From an uncultured Candidatus Poseidoniales archaeon (lineage in GTDB: Archaea > Thermoplasmatota > Poseidoniia > Poseidoniales > Poseidoniaceae), in the NCBI GenBank assembly GCA_905182725.1, contig CAJJCQ010000013.1, forward strand, positions 1,849-65,848: a stretch of 64,000 bases of DNA, in the 5' to 3' direction. The notes beneath the pieces were generated by a model. It saw nothing but the letters and a program-made list of their open reading frames with translations, was not told the origin of the DNA and did no database searches. Each line of letters begins with the position of its first letter. Positions within the stretch are counted from its first letter, which is position 1. The position numbers and the translations under genes are program-made. Shown one piece after another: positions 29,725-39,475 of the stretch.

Positions 29725-30081
29725 TCAGAGAGGTTGAATCATAATGATTCGGTTTTCTTTTTGTGCCATGCATTGTGCAACTTTCATTGCAGTGCGCATA
29801 TCAGTCGTACCGCCAATCACTTTCTCGCCTTCAGCATCATGCAAAATGAGTTTGTGTGTGAGGTTGTAAAGAACACCTTCTTCGATACGTTCGAAAACCC
29901 AATGTTCATTTTCAATTCGTACCATTGCAGGAATTTCAACGAGTGGTCCCATTTGGGAGCCGGTTGTTTGGGTTCGAGTTTTCAAACCTTGGAGATCTCT
30001 AACTGGGCTCCAATTCCTTCGACGAATCGGTGCGTGAATTCTTTTCTTTTTGGCAATGCCTTCTCTAAATGCTCTACTCAT
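29725..30081 (-). CDS. basic hypothetical protein (possible RNA/ribosome-associated)
   Basis: Highly basic N-terminus SRAFREGIAKKKRIHAPIRRRNW; no family recognised. Confidence 0.35.
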   Translation of the reverse strand: MSRAFREGIAKKKRIHAPIRRRNWSPVRDLQGLKTRTQTTGSQMGPLVEIPAMVRIENEHWVFERIEEGVLYNLTHKLILHDAEGEKVIGGTTDMRTAMKVAQCMAQKENRIIMIQPL

Positions 30082-30295
30082 GTGGGTCCCATCCCTTGAA
30101 GTCGCTTGACTTCATTTCGAAGCGGATTCCATCTCCTAATAAGAACCGCGACGCGTTCGAAGCAGAAAACTACGTTTTGTTCGAAAACAGAGAATACTCG
30201 ATGCTTTGAAAGAAGATAGAATTGATGGAACAAGGAATGTCTCAATCGGTGACTTCATCAAATACCGACGATTCGACAATTCGGAGACGAACAAG

Positions 30296-30679
30296 ATGAG
30301 CGACATTCCAGAAGGACAATACTACACTAAAGAGCACGAATGGTTGCGCGTCGATGGAAACGAAATCATCATCGGGATTACGGACTATGCTCAGCATTCT
30401 CTTACCGATATCGTCTACATTGAACTCCCTGGTGAAGGAGAAGTCCTTACTGATATGGAAGAATTTGCAATCGTTGAATCTGTGAAATCAGCTTCACCAA
30501 TTTTTGCCCCGTTCGCTGGAAAGATTACCGCTGTGAATGATGCACTTGACGACGCACCTGAACTCATGAATACCGACCCGTATGGAGAGGGATGGATTGT
30601 TCGAATGACCTTGGATGAACCGAATGCGGTTTCAGTGTTGATGGATGCTGCAGGTTACAAAGCAGAGATTGGCGAGTGA
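30296..30679 (+). CDS. gcvH: glycine cleavage system protein H
   Basis: EHEWLRVDG...GITDYAQ...ESVKSASPIFAPFAGKITAVN (lipoyl-Lys context) ...DPYGEGW. Confidence 0.8.
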   Translation: MSDIPEGQYYTKEHEWLRVDGNEIIIGITDYAQHSLTDIVYIELPGEGEVLTDMEEFAIVESVKSASPIFAPFAGKITAVNDALDDAPELMNTDPYGEGWIVRMTLDEPNAVSVLMDAAGYKAEIGE

Positions 30680-31221
30680 AGAGTTTGACTGAGCACAAAT
30701 GGAGCCTCTACGTAGATGGCTCCTGTCTTGGTAACCAGAACGTTGATCAAAATACTCCTGCCGCTTGGTCAGTTGTTGTCGTGATTGGCGACACTGGGTT
30801 AGGAAAGAGGAGTGGTGATCTTCATGAAGAGTTTGCTGATGTTGTGGTGACGCAACCTGGTGTGGAACACTTCATTGGTGCTGAAGTTGGCTCAAATAAC
30901 ACTGCTGAACTGTCTGCGTTTGCAGCTGCGCTACGATGGCTCTTGGTCGAAGGAGGAAATGATTCTGCAGTCATTCGCGCAGATTCTCAATATGCAGGCA
31001 ACCTCGCTTGTGGTGCATGGAAAGCGAAAGCCAACCGTGAATTGGTGGCTCATGTTCAATCTCTCTGGGATGCAGTTTCTGGACTTCGAACTCTTACATG
31101 GGAGCATGTCAAAGCCCATCGAGGCTATCGTTGGAATGAACGCGCCGATCATTTGGCACTTCGTAAAGCGCAAGGAGAACAGCCCGTGCCACTGTCCTTT
31201 TGGAAACCTGGTCAGCGTTAA
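30676..31221 (+). CDS. rnhA: ribonuclease HI
   Basis: DGSC.GN..., TNNTAEL-like NNTAELSAFAAAL, DSQY, HVKAHRGYRWNERADHLA; 4-nt overlap with gcvH. Confidence 0.8.
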   Translation: MKSLTEHKWSLYVDGSCLGNQNVDQNTPAAWSVVVVIGDTGLGKRSGDLHEEFADVVVTQPGVEHFIGAEVGSNNTAELSAFAAALRWLLVEGGNDSAVIRADSQYAGNLACGAWKAKANRELVAHVQSLWDAVSGLRTLTWEHVKAHRGYRWNERADHLALRKAQGEQPVPLSFWKPGQR

Positions 31222-32084
31222 TCTTCAGCAAGTCGTTCTTGGAGCCATTCTCTGAAGGAAGTCGAAAGGTCGCTACGACGGAGTGCATGGTCAACCTGCG
31301 CTTGGAGCCACGGCAAGGGTTTACCTGAATCATACCATTGGAAATTTGCAAGTTCAACTCCAACAAGGCCGTCGTTTTTCATCCAATGTTGTTGAATGGC
31401 AATCGATTGGAGCTCTCCATAGGTTTCAACATCATAGTGTTGCAGCAGACTTTTGGCATCGGAAGTAAACAAATAGCGGCCACAGAGTACAAGGTTTGAC
31501 GGAGCATCTTCCGGTAATGGCTTCTCACAGATTTCAAGGATTCGCGCCCCTTCTTGGCGAACGACGCCGTAATTGGAAACTTCATCGGGGCGAACTGCCA
31601 GTAAGCCAACGCATGGAAGACCATTCTTTTCAAAACTTTCAACTAATTTTTTACTTGCTTTTGAGGGTGAAAAGGCATTTGGCGAAGTATGTTGGTCAAG
31701 CAAAATGTTGTCGCCGAGTAAGACCAAAAAAGGTCCATTAATTTCGCCTAAAGCACATTCAATAGCATTCCCTAAACCAAGTGGTTCATGTTGTATATGG
31801 ACAAAGACCTCGACATCAGCGAACGGTGAAAGGAGTTGAGGGTCAAGGTCAGGACGCTTCTCTTGAAGCCACGCATGGTCTCCAAGTAACGACTTCATAT
31901 CTTTTCTCGGTGAGGAAATGATGTGGAGACGTTGTGCTCCAGCAGCGACTGCTTCACGGGCAAGATGCACAAGAGCCGGTATATCGACAAGCGGAAGCGC
32001 CTCTTTGGGCACCGATGCACTGGTTGGGAGCATTCGAGTCCCAAGACCTCCTGCGACCAGTAAGGCATCTTGAACGACCGCCAT
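31218..32084 (-). CDS. UTP--glucose-1-phosphate uridylyltransferase-like sugar nucleotidyltransferase
   Basis: LLVAGGLGTRMLPTSASVPKEALPLVDIP resembles the GalU N-terminus; the ORF extends to 32171. Confidence 0.6.
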   Translation of the reverse strand: MAVVQDALLVAGGLGTRMLPTSASVPKEALPLVDIPALVHLAREAVAAGAQRLHIISSPRKDMKSLLGDHAWLQEKRPDLDPQLLSPFADVEVFVHIQHEPLGLGNAIECALGEINGPFLVLLGDNILLDQHTSPNAFSPSKASKKLVESFEKNGLPCVGLLAVRPDEVSNYGVVRQEGARILEICEKPLPEDAPSNLVLCGRYLFTSDAKSLLQHYDVETYGELQSIAIQQHWMKNDGLVGVELANFQWYDSGKPLPWLQAQVDHALRRSDLSTSFREWLQERLAED

Positions 32085-32136
32085 GAGACCTGCTGGATGG
32101 CGTAGGCTTTCAAGCGTCGCCCTTCTGCCTTGAGAC

Positions 32137-32559
32137 ATGGGCAGAACTCTTGAGTGGCGATGGTTCGCCATTGTTGGTGTCTTTTTCGTTGCTCAGTCTT
32201 TTATCGATATTACTCCTGAAGGCCCTTGGGACTCTCGTTCTTTCTCAAGAGGTATGCTCGGTTTAGTAGGCTTGACATTGCTTTATCTGGCTTGGTTTCG
32301 ATGGGCTTTTGACCGCAAAGGCGTAGCACCGACGATCAATTTGTGGGCATCTCCCGAAGAAACATGGAGAAATGTCTTGCTGTTTGGACTTGGATGTTTG
32401 CTCTTTGTCAAAGTAATGTCGTGGGCTGATCTAAAGGATTGGGTTCCTGAACCAACAGGAATGTTACTCACACTCATTGGAAGTTTAGTAATTCTCAATG
32501 CGCTCTATGTAGGGCTCATCACCGTAGGACCATTGGCTCCTTCATCGGAAGAAGAATGA
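32137..32559 (+). CDS. membrane protein (4 TM, hypothetical)
   Basis: Hydrophobic helices; 140 aa. Confidence 0.35.
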   Translation: MGRTLEWRWFAIVGVFFVAQSFIDITPEGPWDSRSFSRGMLGLVGLTLLYLAWFRWAFDRKGVAPTINLWASPEETWRNVLLFGLGCLLFVKVMSWADLKDWVPEPTGMLLTLIGSLVILNALYVGLITVGPLAPSSEEE

Positions 32560-32561
32560 GT

Positions 32562-34067
32562 TCAATCATCGATGAAGCCGAGTTCTTGATCTAACATTTG
32601 ATACGCATCTTCGACAGATGGTAATTCTCCTGATTCGTCCATATCACTGTGAAGTGGTGGGGGGGATTCGGGTAGAGTTGGTTGTTCTCCTTCACCCGTA
32701 AACCAAGCTTGCCATAGACGGCTTCGTTCAGGGCGGCGTTGCGTGAGAGGTTCCCAAAGTGGTTCAAGAGGGCAGTCTTGTTTCTTGAAATCAAGAAGGC
32801 GCGCTGCGAAATGGTCAGGCGATACTTCTTCCATTCGCATCAACAGTTCACGCATTCGTGTACGAACAACTTCGTCGCCGTCTTGCCAAAGAATTGGAAG
32901 AAGGCGACGGTCATCTTCTGGATATTGTTCAATGTAATCACGCAAAAAAGGCACGAGGTTTCGTCGAACGATTGGAAGAGGGTGTTGTGCTAACTTTGCG
33001 ATGGTATCAGCCCACAGTTCGGAATCAAGGAATCTCAAATCCCCTACTGTTGCACTTGCAGCAGCGAGGACGCCTTCGTCTTGGTCAGCGAGCATATCGG
33101 TCAGAAACGGTACAGCATCCCATTCGAGACGACGGAACATTCGGGTAAGGACATCTGCCATTCCTCGCTTGACAAGAAGTTCATCGCGCTGATGGAGGCG
33201 TTTGGCAAGTTCAAGCCCCGAGTCTCTGTTAAATTCAATCGCCTTAGCAAGACAAAGCGTGACACGTGCAGCGACTTCAGCTTCAGGGTCTGAAGCACGG
33301 CGCAGAAGTATGGACACAAGGTCAAGCGGCTCGATGAGGTTGGGTCGTTGAAGGAGGAGGCGCACCCACTCCATCAGCAAAAGACGGCGGTCGAGAGAAT
33401 CGTTTTCCAATTTTTCAATTAACCATCGAGCTGCTGTAACGCCAGCATCGTGTGCTACAACTCCTGAATTACGAGGGATGACTGCATGAGGGTTCCACTC
33501 TGATTGGTGAGGCCCAGCGTCAGGTTGTGTATGCCAGGTCCCAGGGCGTTCAGCCAATGTGATTGATTCGACCAGGTGATATCCTTGATGGACTGGTTGG
33601 CCATGTGGAGTCGTGGATAAACCGTTGAGAAGTGAAATAGCAAGCCACCAACGGTCGGTATTTGGAGCTGAATGGTCAAACGCTTGTGCTAACCAATCGG
33701 TTGTGACGGTGAAAAGAAGACTTTCAGCAACTTTGTCAACTCGTCGGTGGAGCCATTTCTGATGTACGGTAAAGGGATCGTCGCTGAGGTTCATCCGATG
33801 CGGGACAATCAAATCAACAACTGTGTTGAGATTTGATTCGAACATTGCTCGGTCCATTTGTAAAATTCCAATCCCTTGCTCAATGACCGCTTCGGGGGAT
33901 TTAGGAGCGATTGGTGGAAAGTCTGGGTCCGACATCGGAGGTTGTGGCAAAGGCCAGGCAATGGTGCCGCGTTTCAACGCTTCAACCATTCCAGCAGAGA
34001 CAGCCTCGAAGACATTGTCTGACAATTTAGTTCGTTCTTTTCCCATCGTGAGACCTCGAGGTTTCAA
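32562..34067 (-). CDS. HEAT/ARM-like repeat protein (hypothetical)
   Basis: Repeated helical LP..VR...L motifs; lies 12 nt downstream of tfb on the same strand. Confidence 0.4.
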   Translation of the reverse strand: MKPRGLTMGKERTKLSDNVFEAVSAGMVEALKRGTIAWPLPQPPMSDPDFPPIAPKSPEAVIEQGIGILQMDRAMFESNLNTVVDLIVPHRMNLSDDPFTVHQKWLHRRVDKVAESLLFTVTTDWLAQAFDHSAPNTDRWWLAISLLNGLSTTPHGQPVHQGYHLVESITLAERPGTWHTQPDAGPHQSEWNPHAVIPRNSGVVAHDAGVTAARWLIEKLENDSLDRRLLLMEWVRLLLQRPNLIEPLDLVSILLRRASDPEAEVAARVTLCLAKAIEFNRDSGLELAKRLHQRDELLVKRGMADVLTRMFRRLEWDAVPFLTDMLADQDEGVLAAASATVGDLRFLDSELWADTIAKLAQHPLPIVRRNLVPFLRDYIEQYPEDDRRLLPILWQDGDEVVRTRMRELLMRMEEVSPDHFAARLLDFKKQDCPLEPLWEPLTQRRPERSRLWQAWFTGEGEQPTLPESPPPLHSDMDESGELPSVEDAYQMLDQELGFIDD

Positions 34068-34079
34068 CAGGTTCTCATT

Positions 34080-35006
34080 TCAAATATCGAGTTCGATATT
34101 GAGATTTTGAATGAGTTCCTTGTAACGGTTACGAATGGTGACTTCTGTTACACCAGCAACTTCTGCAACTTCACGTTGGGTTCTGCGCTTTCCACACAGG
34201 ACCGAAGCGATGTAAATGATAGAGGCTGCAATTCCAGTTGGTCCACGGCCACTTGTCAATTCCTTCTCTTGAGCTGCTTTGATGAGTTCGTAAGCCTTTG
34301 CTTCGACTTCAGCATCGAGTCCAAGTCCAGAGCAGAATCGAGAAATGTAGTCTTCTGGGCCGGTTGGCATGATCTTCATTTTGAGTTCTCGGACCATGAA
34401 ACGGTACGTTCGGCCAATTTCTTTTCGGCCAGTACGGGATGCTTGGCCAATTTCGTCAAGTGTTCGAGGAACACCACATTGGCGGCAGGCTGCGTAAAGG
34501 GATGCTGCTGCAACACCTTCAATCGAACGGCCACGAATCAAACGCTTGTCAACTGCTTTCTTGTAATTCACTGCTGCTGCTTCACGAACAGATTTTGGAA
34601 GTTCAAGGCGGCTGGCCATACGGTCCAACTCGGCCAAAGCCATAGCGAGGTTTCGCTCTGTTGCGTTTGAAACTCGGCTTCTCTTTTGCCACTTACGCAT
34701 TCGGTAGAATTGCGATCTATAACGTGAATTAATGGTTTTTCCTGAGTAGTCTTTGTTTTGCCAGTCGATGTCAGTCGAGAGACCTTTATCGTGGAGCATG
34801 ACGGTCATTGGAGCACCAGTACGGGCACGTTGGTCGCCCTGTTCCGGTGAAAATACACGCCATTCAGCACCTTGGTCGATTACATTGTCTTCTAACACTA
34901 AACCGCAATCGTCACATACGACTTCGCCACGAGTTTCGTCACGTGTTAAATTTCGACCTGCGCAATCACTGCATTTTACGATATCTTCTACTTGTTGTTC
35001 ATCCAT
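34080..35006 (-). CDS. tfb: transcription initiation factor IIB (TFB)
   Basis: N-terminal Zn ribbon [42 protein letters not shown]-finger, two cyclin-fold repeats. Confidence 0.9.
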   Translation of the reverse strand: MDEQQVEDIVKCSDCAGRNLTRDETRGEVVCDDCGLVLEDNVIDQGAEWRVFSPEQGDQRARTGAPMTVMLHDKGLSTDIDWQNKDYSGKTINSRYRSQFYRMRKWQKRSRVSNATERNLAMALAELDRMASRLELPKSVREAAAVNYKKAVDKRLIRGRSIEGVAAASLYAACRQCGVPRTLDEIGQASRTGRKEIGRTYRFMVRELKMKIMPTGPEDYISRFCSGLGLDAEVEAKAYELIKAAQEKELTSGRGPTGIAASIIYIASVLCGKRRTQREVAEVAGVTEVTIRNRYKELIQNLNIELDI

Positions 35007-35228
35007 ATGTATTCCTCATCTCTTGCCCTGGTTGAGCATCATCGCTCAACTGATTAGGGAACCTTATTATACACCGATGCCCAACTGTATTTAAACCTAA
35101 TTACCAATACGCTTAAACTTGTGGACTCGGAGAACTGCGTTTTTATTGAAAATACGGCACTTGCCACGAGAGTTTTTTCCCGAACCGGTTATCAACACTG
35201 AGCACTTGAAAGAGTTTGAGGGGGAGTT
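35007..35228. promoter_or_regulatory. divergent promoter region (tfb / aconitase-family gene) with TATA-like A/T boxes and SD-like GGGGGAG before 35229
   Basis: TTATTATA at 35064-35071, TATTTAAA at 35088-35095, TTTTTATTGAAAAT near 35140; GAGG about 9 nt before the tfb ATG. Confidence 0.3.
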
Positions 35229-37217
35229 ATGAGAGACAATTGGCCGCCGGCAAAAATCGCCCTCAACCCTGAAAAAAGGGTTCTCTTTCTTACCAAAGAC
35301 CTCGGACTTATCAAAAAACAATTGTATGATGGGCTCAATTTGAAAATGGAAGACTTAACAGTTGACGATTTACTTGATGACATCAACACCGATGTCATGA
35401 CACCTGCATGGGTTTGTTTTGACCATGATCCTGCCGAGATCGCAAAGAATGCATATGCGGGATTGATGCATAACGGATTAAGGGTGTTTAATGAAAATGC
35501 ACTCAAAAATGGTGACTTTGAGGTTATTGTTTCCGGCCAACGTAAAGGAACTGGCTCTTCACGAGAAACTGCCCCGCAGTGTGAGCGTTGGGCTGGAATT
35601 AATATTGTCATAGCTGCATCTTTTGCCCCAATTCACGCCCAGAATAACATCAACCTTGGACAAATTATGGGTGACCATTCAATGCTCGAACGTTTGCAAA
35701 AAGGCGAAAATATCGCTCTTGAAGAATTCACTTCCCGCTACGATAAAGTCACCCAAATTATTCTTGAGAAGGGCGGTTTGTTTGCTTTTGCGAAATCCCT
35801 CAAAAATGGAGAAATCGAACTTCCCCCGTTGGATACCCCTCCACGGCCAATGACCATGGCTGAGAAAATTATCGCCCGTAACCTCGTAGGGCAAGTAGAA
35901 GGGCAGTGTGTCAAACCAAATGACCCTGTTATTGCTCAAGTTCAAGGCGGGTACTCGCATGAATTCACAACTGCTCAAGTTCATACATTCCTCCAAAACG
36001 AGTATGGTGAAGACTACTCGCTGCCAAACCCAAGTAAATTTGCAGTTTTCGAAGACCATCTACTCTATGCTCATCACAACCCTAAATTCGTCCCCCATAT
36101 GGATAAGATTCAGACTTTACGAGACCTCCAAGTTGAATTTCAAAAGCATACTTTGGTTCGAGATTACTCTGCTAAAGATGGTGTCTCGCCTGGGATTTGT
36201 CATCAAGTCGCCCGAGAAGAATTCATTGAAGTGGGTGATTTCATTCAAGCCACAGATTCGCACACCTGTATGGGAGGCGCATCAAACGCACTCACTTGGG
36301 GTGTTGGAGCGACTGAATATGCCAATCTCATCAGTGCTGGATTTACTTCAATCAAAGTCCCCGAATCAATTCGTTTCGAATTAATCGGCACTCTTGTTCC
36401 AGGTTGTACCGCCAAAGACGTCATCCTGTTCATCTTAGCCGACCACGCTCGAGAAGAATTAACACTCAATCGAAGTATGGAGTTTGGAGGTGAAGGATTA
36501 GCCAGCCTCTCCATTGATGAACGTGCTACACTCTGCAACATGGCCACAGAATGCTCGGGCCGAACTGGTATTTGTGAAGCCGATGATTTGTTGTTTGAAT
36601 GGATGATCAAATCTCAGCCCCATTTGGATTTCGAAACTCAGAAGAGTCGATCAGTTCATCCCGATGAAGGGGCCCAATACCACGGTGGAGTCCACATCAT
36701 CAACATGTCAGAGATACAACCCATGGTGGCCCATCCCGGCAACCCCGATGAAGGAATTCCGAGTGACCCAACCAACGGCGCAAACATTACCGATATTGGC
36801 GACGTTTCAATCGATATCGCCTACGGAGGCTCATGCACTGCCGGTAAAGCAGATGACATAGCCTACTATGCTCAAGTTTGCCAGGCTGCTGAAAATGCTG
36901 GACTTGTTGTCAAGGAAGGCGTAGATTTCTACATCCAATACGGCTCTGGTATCGTGAAAGATTTGGCTGTAAACGAAGGATGGCATGATTTATTCGGACG
37001 AGTCGGTGTCAAACTCATCGACCCAGGTTGTGGCGCATGCATTGGCGCAGGACCTGGCGTTTCGATTACCCCTGAACAAGTGACTGTATCAGCAATCAAT
37101 CGGAATTTCCAAGGCCGTTCAGGTCCTGGTAAACTCTACCTCGCCAGCCCATTAACTGTGGCTGCTTCTGCTTTCATGGGCATCATCACTTCATGGCACG
37201 AAGAATTGTTTAACTAA
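35229..37217 (+). CDS. aconitase-family hydro-lyase, fused swivel (LeuD-like) N-domain plus catalytic (LeuC-like) domains
   Basis: N-terminus SGQRKGTGSSRETAP...NIVIAASFAPIHAQNNINLG (swivel); C-terminus GICHQVAREE, ATDSHTCMGGASNALTWGVGATE, GGSCTAG Fe-S ligands. Confidence 0.75.
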   Translation: MRDNWPPAKIALNPEKRVLFLTKDLGLIKKQLYDGLNLKMEDLTVDDLLDDINTDVMTPAWVCFDHDPAEIAKNAYAGLMHNGLRVFNENALKNGDFEVIVSGQRKGTGSSRETAPQCERWAGINIVIAASFAPIHAQNNINLGQIMGDHSMLERLQKGENIALEEFTSRYDKVTQIILEKGGLFAFAKSLKNGEIELPPLDTPPRPMTMAEKIIARNLVGQVEGQCVKPNDPVIAQVQGGYSHEFTTAQVHTFLQNEYGEDYSLPNPSKFAVFEDHLLYAHHNPKFVPHMDKIQTLRDLQVEFQKHTLVRDYSAKDGVSPGICHQVAREEFIEVGDFIQATDSHTCMGGASNALTWGVGATEYANLISAGFTSIKVPESIRFELIGTLVPGCTAKDVILFILADHAREELTLNRSMEFGGEGLASLSIDERATLCNMATECSGRTGICEADDLLFEWMIKSQPHLDFETQKSRSVHPDEGAQYHGGVHIINMSEIQPMVAHPGNPDEGIPSDPTNGANITDIGDVSIDIAYGGSCTAGKADDIAYYAQVCQAAENAGLVVKEGVDFYIQYGSGIVKDLAVNEGWHDLFGRVGVKLIDPGCGACIGAGPGVSITPEQVTVSAINRNFQGRSGPGKLYLASPLTVAASAFMGIITSWHEELFN

Positions 37218-37360
37218 TTTGGAAGGACTCAATCTTCTAAAAAATCAAGTTCGTTGATGATCTTCAGTCTTAGACATTAAAAACCGTCGGTCGACAAGGT
37301 TGCTTACCACAAAGGCCCGATGTCATTGGGACAAAGGAGGACCTGTGTTGGAGGAATACC

Positions 37361-39475
37361 ATGACTGGCATCGCACAAAAACTCGCATCAAATCAAAAGC
37401 AGGTTGCAATTTCTGAGTTTTTTGAAAAGAATAAGCATTTTCTTGGGTTTGATTCGTTAGCTCGTTCGCTCATCACTGCAGTTAAGGAAGCCGTAGACAA
37501 TGCACTGGATGCATGTGAAGAGGCTCGTATACTACCAACCATTCGAATTCGAATCACCAAAGTTGATGCTCAGAAGGACATCATCCGAATGGTTGTCGAA
37601 GATAACGGACCAGGTATTCCTCAGAAGAGCATTGAGAAAGTCTTCGGACAACTTCTCTTCGGTTCGCGCTTTCACGCTATTCGACAGTCCCGTGGACAAC
37701 AGGGAATTGGAATTACTGGCGTAGTCATGTATTGTCAATTAACCACTGGACGAACAACTCATGTACGTTCAAAAATTGCCACTGAACCGACTGCTGCTTT
37801 TGTCGATATTGGACTCGATACTCGGAAAAATAAAGCGACGAAGGCAAATGCTGGTCGTGAGATTTGGTATAATGAAGATGGTTCTGGAAAAGAACATGGC
37901 ACTGAAGTGACTGCTGAAATGAAGGCAAAATACCAGAAAGGGCGGCAGAGTGTTTGGCAATATCTTCGTATGACCAGTATTGTCAATCCACACGCTGAAA
38001 TTATATTTATTGACCCTGATGGAGAAAAGCATCATTGGACTCGGGTTACTGAACGGCTACCGACAAAGGTCGAAAGTATCAAGCCCCACCCCCATGGTAT
38101 TGAATTAGGCCAATTACAACGAATGATTACTGAGTCAAACGACTTGAATTTGAACCATTTCTTACTCAATAATTTCTCCGGAGTTACAAATCGTGCTCGT
38201 AAAGAATTGTGTGAAGCAGCAGATATTGCAGGTACAAGAAAGATGAAGACTGTAAAAGGTGATGATATTCGCCATCTGTTAGAAGCCTTCCAAGGTGAAC
38301 GATTATGCAACGGGTCGCCTGTTAAGTTACTCAAACCACCAACGAATTGTTTGTCGCCAATTGAAGAGTTACTCATTAAGAAGGGTCTTTCCAAAACCAT
38401 TGACTCCCGTTTCGTATCGACGCTGACTCGAGTCCCAAGTGTAACACAAGGAAATCCTTTCCAAATTGAAGTTGGATTGATTTTTGGAGGCGCAATGGCT
38501 GCGGATAAGCCGGTTGAAATTCTTCGGTTTGCTAATCGCGTCCCACTGATGTATCAGCAGGGTGGTTGCCTACTTACCAAAGCCATTGAGAGTGTTGATT
38601 GGCGCCAATATGGATTGGATCAAGCCGGTGGAAGAGGTGTACCAAAAGGACCTGCAGCGGTATTGGTTCATCTTGCCAGTACAAATGTTCAATTTACATC
38701 TGAAGCAAAGGAGGCTCTTGCCGACAATGCTGAAGTCATGGAAGAAGGAAGGAAAGCAATGCTCGAAATGGGCCGAGGCTTGAGAAAGCATTTGGAAAAG
38801 AAGAAGAAAATGGCGAAGACGAAGGAAAAGTTCGAACTCATCAATGACATTTTACCTGCTATCGCAAAGAAATCTGCTGAAATTCTTGAACGTCCTGTAC
38901 CAGAGCTCTCTGGCTCAATCACCAAGATCATGTCCGCCGTTATTTCCGAAACCACAACAGAATGGAATAAGCAAACGAAGCAAACGGATGTTGAAATTAT
39001 ATTGTTCAATTATACAACCCGAGTGCGTGCCTACACAATACTTGCAACTTGGCCCGAAAAGTCGGGAGCAAAGATCGAGAACAATGAAACCGGTGGCCGG
39101 AAAGAAGCCCTGGGCGTATGGGCTTGGAAACTTGAATCATTACAACCTGGTGAAAAGAAAATAATTGCCTACAGTCTTACCGGATTAGAGCGCGGTGACT
39201 GGACGGAAACCGAAGTCTTGTTCCGAGGCTCCCAAGATGTCATTGGAGCGACAAAGATGGATGAGAAATTCCTTCAAGAAATTCGTCGTCAAGAACAAAT
39301 CATGGAGGAGAGTGATGTTGATTCACAAGAGGCTGAACCTGGGAGTGAAGCGGTGGATGAGCCTGAAACTGTACCTGAAAAGAATGAAATTTCAGAAGTG
39401 CCTACAGAAGAAGGAGTTGAGCCTGCTGTCGCTCCGCCAGAAGGCCAGCGTACCCTCTTTGGAGGTGAAGTCTAA
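37361..39475 (+). CDS. top6B: DNA topoisomerase VI subunit B
   Basis: Bergerat/GHKL motifs AVKEAVDNALDA, DNGPGIP, GQQGIG; H2TH and transducer regions; acidic C-terminal extension. Confidence 0.85.
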   Translation: MTGIAQKLASNQKQVAISEFFEKNKHFLGFDSLARSLITAVKEAVDNALDACEEARILPTIRIRITKVDAQKDIIRMVVEDNGPGIPQKSIEKVFGQLLFGSRFHAIRQSRGQQGIGITGVVMYCQLTTGRTTHVRSKIATEPTAAFVDIGLDTRKNKATKANAGREIWYNEDGSGKEHGTEVTAEMKAKYQKGRQSVWQYLRMTSIVNPHAEIIFIDPDGEKHHWTRVTERLPTKVESIKPHPHGIELGQLQRMITESNDLNLNHFLLNNFSGVTNRARKELCEAADIAGTRKMKTVKGDDIRHLLEAFQGERLCNGSPVKLLKPPTNCLSPIEELLIKKGLSKTIDSRFVSTLTRVPSVTQGNPFQIEVGLIFGGAMAADKPVEILRFANRVPLMYQQGGCLLTKAIESVDWRQYGLDQAGGRGVPKGPAAVLVHLASTNVQFTSEAKEALADNAEVMEEGRKAMLEMGRGLRKHLEKKKKMAKTKEKFELINDILPAIAKKSAEILERPVPELSGSITKIMSAVISETTTEWNKQTKQTDVEIILFNYTTRVRAYTILATWPEKSGAKIENNETGGRKEALGVWAWKLESLQPGEKKIIAYSLTGLERGDWTETEVLFRGSQDVIGATKMDEKFLQEIRRQEQIMEESDVDSQEAEPGSEAVDEPETVPEKNEISEVPTEEGVEPAVAPPEGQRTLFGGEV

